Source of the DNA: Nitrospirota bacterium
Lineage (GTDB): Bacteria; Nitrospirota; UBA9217
NCBI GenBank assembly: GCA_963663225.1
Contig: OY760142.1
Span: forward strand, 1,568,001-1,632,000
Direction of reading: 5' to 3'
DNA: 64,000 nt
In this document: piece by piece, positions 60,113 to 64,000 of the stretch
Layout of the letters: every line of letters starts with the position of its first letter
Numbering within the stretch: the first letter of the stretch is position 1
Notes under the pieces: generated by a model
Databases searched by the model: none
The model's input: the letters and a program-made list of their open reading frames with translations, nothing else
What the model was told of the DNA's origin: nothing
Made by a program: the position numbers and the translations under genes

Positions 60113-60959
60113 ATTCGTTCTGTCGTATTCCGGCTTCCCACGCCAGGATCGCTTTTTTTCGGGCAAGGCCCCAGCGGTATCCTCCCAGGGCACCAGTTTT
60201 CCGGATAACGCGGTGGCAGGGAATGAGAAAGGCCACCGGGTTATGCGCCACAGCATTAGCTGCGGCGCGGACGGCCTTTGGCCTGCCGATTCCCTGGGCG
60301 ATCTGTTCGTACGAAGCAAGCCGGTCAGCCGGAATTCCGAGCAACGCCTGCCAGACCTTGACCTGAAAATTAGTGCCTTTCAGATGGAGCGGCAGCGGCG
60401 AGGAAGGATACGACGGGCCGAATATCCGGTCAACGAATGGTTTTACGACAGAGGTATTTTCGCGAACATCGGCCTGATACCATTCTTTTTTGAACACGCG
60501 GACCATCTTTTGTTCATTGTCCTGTTCGATGAACGCAAGACGGCAGATGCCGCGGCCGGTAACTGCTGCAAAGCACGTGCCGAACGGGCTCGGAAAAAAA
60601 CCGTAGGAAATCTTCAGATGCCTGCCGTGGTTCCGGAACTCATCCGGGGTCATGGCCTCAATCGTCACAAACAGGTCATGCAGCCTTCCGGCGCTGGACA
60701 ATCCGGAATTGTTGGTGACATCAAGCAGGCTGCCTGGATTTTTCATCAGCTGTTTGGCGTGTTCGAGATTCAGCAGCTGCAGAAAATGCTTCGGGGTGAT
60801 TCCCGCCCACCGCCTGAAAAGACGATGCAGGTGGTATTCGCTCAAATTCACCGTGTGCGCTATTTGCTTCAGGTCCGGTTTTTTTTGAAAGTTTTTCTCC
60901 AGAAAAAGGATGATCGTTTCAATACGTTTGTAATCCGCTGTTGCTGATTTCCATTTCAT
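60111..60959 (-). CDS. AraC-HTH + methylated-DNA-protein-cysteine methyltransferase (Ada-like, no Zn domain)
   Basis: LSEYHLHRLF..WAGITPK HTH, GTNFQVKVW, IPCHRV, GGYRWG. Confidence 0.92.
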   Translation of the reverse strand: MKWKSATADYKRIETIILFLEKNFQKKPDLKQIAHTVNLSEYHLHRLFRRWAGITPKHFLQLLNLEHAKQLMKNPGSLLDVTNNSGLSSAGRLHDLFVTIEAMTPDEFRNHGRHLKISYGFFPSPFGTCFAAVTGRGICRLAFIEQDNEQKMVRVFKKEWYQADVRENTSVVKPFVDRIFGPSYPSSPLPLHLKGTNFQVKVWQALLGIPADRLASYEQIAQGIGRPKAVRAAANAVAHNPVAFLIPCHRVIRKTGALGGYRWGLARKKAILAWEAGIRQNE

Positions 60960-61084
60960 GCTCTTCACCTCGTTCTGCATGTATCATAGCGCGGAGAATC
61001 TCCTATGACAACCCGGTTCTTGCTCTTTGAGTAATCCCCAGGATTTGCTTTGCGCACGTCCTTCGGGAATAGTATAATCTCATT

Positions 61085-62836
61085 ATGTCCCAGAAACTCA
61101 AACAAAAAAAAAACGAGCTGCTGGCGGCTGAACGCGGGACCGTGTACAAGGCGCGGGGAGCAGAGGTGGAAGTCGCCCTGGCATATCCGAACACGTATCA
61201 CGTGGGCATGTCGAACCTCGGCCTGCACCAGATCTATTCCGTTCTGAACAACCGTCCGGACACGGCCTGCGAACGAACGTTTCTTCCCGACGAGGAAGAC
61301 CTGGCTGAATACCAAAGGACCGGCACCCGGCTGTTTACTCTTGAGACCGGCCGGCCGGTGCGTGAATTCGACATCCTTGCCTTTTCCGTATCCTTTGAGC
61401 AAGATTATCTTAATATCATGGATATGCTGGACCTCGCCGGCATCCCTGCCGACAAGAAAGAACGGACCGCTGCGGACCCGCTCGTTGTCTTTGGAGGCAT
61501 CTGCTCCTTTTTCAACCCAGAACCGCTTGCGGATTTTTTTGACGCAGTGATCGTCGGCGAAGGAGAGGAAGTTTCGGGCGAATTCATCGAGGCATATAAA
61601 AAAAACCGGGTGCAGGGACGGCTGGAGCTGCTCCGTTCCTTAAGCGCTGTTCCGGGTGTGTACGTGCCGGAATTTTACGAAGAAGTATACAGCCCGGACG
61701 GGGCGCTGAGCGCAAGAAAAAAACTGTGCGATTTTGCTCCGGACCGCGTCGTCAAGCGCACGGTCCAGACCATCAACAGCATGCCTGCAGCGACCGCGAT
61801 TTTCACTCCGCACACCGAATTCAGCGAGATGCACCTTGCGGAAATAACACGGGGCTGCGGCAGGCACTGCCGGTTCTGCATGGCCGGATATATCTACCTG
61901 CCGCCCCGTCGCCTTTCGATAAACAATGCGAAACAACATGCCAAACAGGCGGACGCCGCGTGCGGGAAAATCGGGTTGGTGGGAGCCGCCATTTCCGACT
62001 ACCCTGAGATTGACGAGCTGTGCTCAGCAATACAAGGAGGGGTATCTGTATCCTCGCTGCGCGCGGATTCACTGGACGAACCACTTGTCAGGCGGCTCGC
62101 GACAAGCGGCCAGAAAACAATTTCCATCGCCCCTGAGGCGGGCTCTGAACGGCTCCGCAAGGTCATTAATAAGAACATTACTGAAGACGACCTCGCCCGA
62201 GCGGCGCATAGAACGTTCAGCGCCGGCATTCCGAACCTGAAACTGTATTTCATCATCGGACTTCCGACAGAAGAACCGGAAGACATCGATGCAATCATCT
62301 CACTGGCCGAAAAGATGCACCAGATTCAGCTCAATCACGCCCGCGCCGCGGGGAAAATCGGGCGCATCACGCTGTCCGTGAATTCGTTTGTACCGAAGCC
62401 CTTCACGCCGTTTCAGTGGGAGCCGATGGAAGACACGGCAAGCCTGAACAGAAAACTGCGCATTCTTGAAAAAGCGGCAAGAAAAATCGGGAATGTGAAT
62501 GTCATCCACGATCTGCCGAAGTGGGAATACATCCAGGCGCTGCTGTCACGCGGCGACCGGAGGATCGGGAAACTGATTCGCGCCGCCTCGCTGAACGGCG
62601 GAGACTGGAAAAAAGCCGCGAAAGCGATCAAGATGGACACCGACTGGTATGTGACGCGTCCGCGGGACTTCAACGAGGTTCTCCCGTGGGATTTTATTGA
62701 CATCGGTGTAAGAAAAGAATATCTTAGCGAAGAATATAGCCGCGCTCGTGCGGCGCAGCACACGCCGCCGTGCAGTATCGGGACATGCAAAGCATGCGGC
62801 GTGTGCGGGCAAACGGCCAATGATGAGCACAGCTAA
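61085..62836 (+). CDS. Radical SAM protein (B12-binding-like, TIGR03960-related)
   Basis: YPNTYHVGMSNLG, RGCGRHCRFC (CxxxCxxC), APEAGSERLR, FVPKPFTPFQ, C-terminal CxxxxCxxCxxC. Confidence 0.9.
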   Translation: MSQKLKQKKNELLAAERGTVYKARGAEVEVALAYPNTYHVGMSNLGLHQIYSVLNNRPDTACERTFLPDEEDLAEYQRTGTRLFTLETGRPVREFDILAFSVSFEQDYLNIMDMLDLAGIPADKKERTAADPLVVFGGICSFFNPEPLADFFDAVIVGEGEEVSGEFIEAYKKNRVQGRLELLRSLSAVPGVYVPEFYEEVYSPDGALSARKKLCDFAPDRVVKRTVQTINSMPAATAIFTPHTEFSEMHLAEITRGCGRHCRFCMAGYIYLPPRRLSINNAKQHAKQADAACGKIGLVGAAISDYPEIDELCSAIQGGVSVSSLRADSLDEPLVRRLATSGQKTISIAPEAGSERLRKVINKNITEDDLARAAHRTFSAGIPNLKLYFIIGLPTEEPEDIDAIISLAEKMHQIQLNHARAAGKIGRITLSVNSFVPKPFTPFQWEPMEDTASLNRKLRILEKAARKIGNVNVIHDLPKWEYIQALLSRGDRRIGKLIRAASLNGGDWKKAAKAIKMDTDWYVTRPRDFNEVLPWDFIDIGVRKEYLSEEYSRARAAQHTPPCSIGTCKACGVCGQTANDEHS

Positions 62837-63590
62837 TCTCCATACTGCAGCCGGAACTACGGACTGTTTGGCGATTCCGGCACTCGCGCAGATCGAGACA
62901 ATCCGGCACGCGTTCACCACCCGGCGGAACGGGCTGGGAGAACGAACCAACGGGACCAAGCTTCCGGATGACTGGAACAGGGTGGCCTCGATGTTCGGGA
63001 TTCCACCGGATCGGGTTGTTACCGTAAACCAGGTGCATGGCAGCGGCATCGTGCTGGTGGATGACCGGAACTACCGGAGCGTCAAAACGCTCCAGGCCGA
63101 CGCCATGATCACGCGCGCTTCGGGAATCGCGATCGGTGTCGAGACGGCTGATTGCGTTCCTCTTTTACTTGTCGATCCCGCAAGGCGGTCCGTTGCTGCG
63201 GTCCACGCGGGCTGGAAAAGCACGGTCAGGAAGATTGTCGCCCTGACCGTACAAAAAATGCGGGACGAATTCGGCTCTGCTCCCGAAGACATGATTGCGG
63301 CCATCGGCCCTGCCATCGGGCCGGAATGCTACGAAGTTGACGAACCGGTGATGGGTCCGGTCCGCGAAGCGTTTCCCTTCTGGAAGGAAATCGCAACGCC
63401 GCGGGTAGCCGGGCGGTGGAGCCTCGATCTGACACAGGCCAACAGGAACGAGCTGCTGCAGGCAGGGATTCCGGAGGGGAGCATTCACGCTCTCGGGTTG
63501 TGCACGTCCTGCAGGAGAGACCTGTTCTATTCCTACCGGGCTGAAGGCCGGACCGGCAGGGTCCTGTCGGTGATTATGATAAAGCCGTAA
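62820..63590 (+). CDS. pgeF: Peptidoglycan editing factor PgeF/YfiH
   Basis: HAFTTR, QVHG, TADCVP, HAGWK, IGPAIG, LCT, FYSYR. Confidence 0.93.
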   Translation: MMSTANLHTAAGTTDCLAIPALAQIETIRHAFTTRRNGLGERTNGTKLPDDWNRVASMFGIPPDRVVTVNQVHGSGIVLVDDRNYRSVKTLQADAMITRASGIAIGVETADCVPLLLVDPARRSVAAVHAGWKSTVRKIVALTVQKMRDEFGSAPEDMIAAIGPAIGPECYEVDEPVMGPVREAFPFWKEIATPRVAGRWSLDLTQANRNELLQAGIPEGSIHALGLCTSCRRDLFYSYRAEGRTGRVLSVIMIKP

Positions 63591-63622
63591 ATGCTGCACG
63601 GGGCGCTTCACCAGGGGTCGTC

Positions 63623-64000
63623 GTGTCCATAGCGGAAAACCTCAAGACAATACAGGAGAGAATTGCGTTGGCGGCAAAGCGTGCGGGGCGCGATCCTTCT
63701 TCGGTCCGGCTGGTTGTGGTGACCAAAACGGTCGCCTCTGAACGCATAAAAGAAGCAGCCGAAGCCGGCGCGGAAATTCTCGGCGAAAACCGCGTGCAGG
63801 AAGCGCGGGAGAAAATCGAACAGCTCGGCAGCATTGCGAGCTGGCATCTGATCGGACAGCTGCAGTCCAATAAAGCCAAGTACGCGGTCAAACTTTTTGA
63901 TATGATTCACTCAGTCGACACTGTTGAGCTGGCACGGGAGATCGACCGGCAGGCAGCGAAGATCGGCAAGGTGCAGGATGTCCTGATCGAAGTGAGTATC
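63623..64000 (+). CDS. yggS: PLP homeostasis protein YggS, 3'-truncated by the window edge (absent from the ORF track)
   Basis: GTG start; SIAENL...LVVVTKT, LGENRVQEA, WHLIGQLQSNKAK, IHSVD. Confidence 0.95.
   Translation, partial: MSIAENLKTIQERIALAAKRAGRDPSSVRLVVVTKTVASERIKEAAEAGAEILGENRVQEAREKIEQLGSIASWHLIGQLQSNKAKYAVKLFDMIHSVDTVELAREIDRQAAKIGKVQDVLIEVSI

Noticed and set aside
60075-60947. 290-aa plus-strand ORF
   Set aside because: Antisense shadow of the Ada-like gene, which carries the clear PCHR motif; it also starts inside a terminator.
63608-63910. Minus-strand ORFs at the window end
   Set aside because: Shadows of the truncated plus-strand yggS.

Overview
64 kb of a bacterial chromosome. 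Gene content suggests an anaerobe, possibly Nitrospirota or Desulfobacterota-like (inference only). It is mostly housekeeping and metabolic genes: the 3' part of a divergent Ni-CODH (CooS-like) operon, ilvB-like, recN, two-subunit pyruvate carboxylase plus PEPCK, ndk, ribF, gap-pgk-tpiA-secG, ABC transporters, a LonC-type protease, dus, dac, PASTA-rpe, Re-citrate synthase, ada-like, radical SAM-pgeF-yggS. I found no tRNA, rRNA, CRISPR array or transposase. The most notable unexplained signals are: (1) an apparently complete sigma54 module (activator, palindromic UAS, IHF-like site, -24/-12 promoter) whose only visible output is a ~300-nt structured leader and a 29-aa membrane peptide absent from the ORF track; (2) a ~180-nt structured leader/ncRNA whose terminator hairpin sequesters the SD of a CoA-pyrophosphatase gene; (3) a thioredoxin with an Arg-rich, putative c-di-GMP-binding N-terminus next to a heme-c GGDEF-EAL sensor; (4) paired Asp-to-Glu REC-PilZ proteins, one frameshifted; (5) a CODH homolog with an altered C-cluster environment; (6) a Re-citrate synthase fused to a Cache-like domain. 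All calls come from reading motifs by eye; no searches were run.
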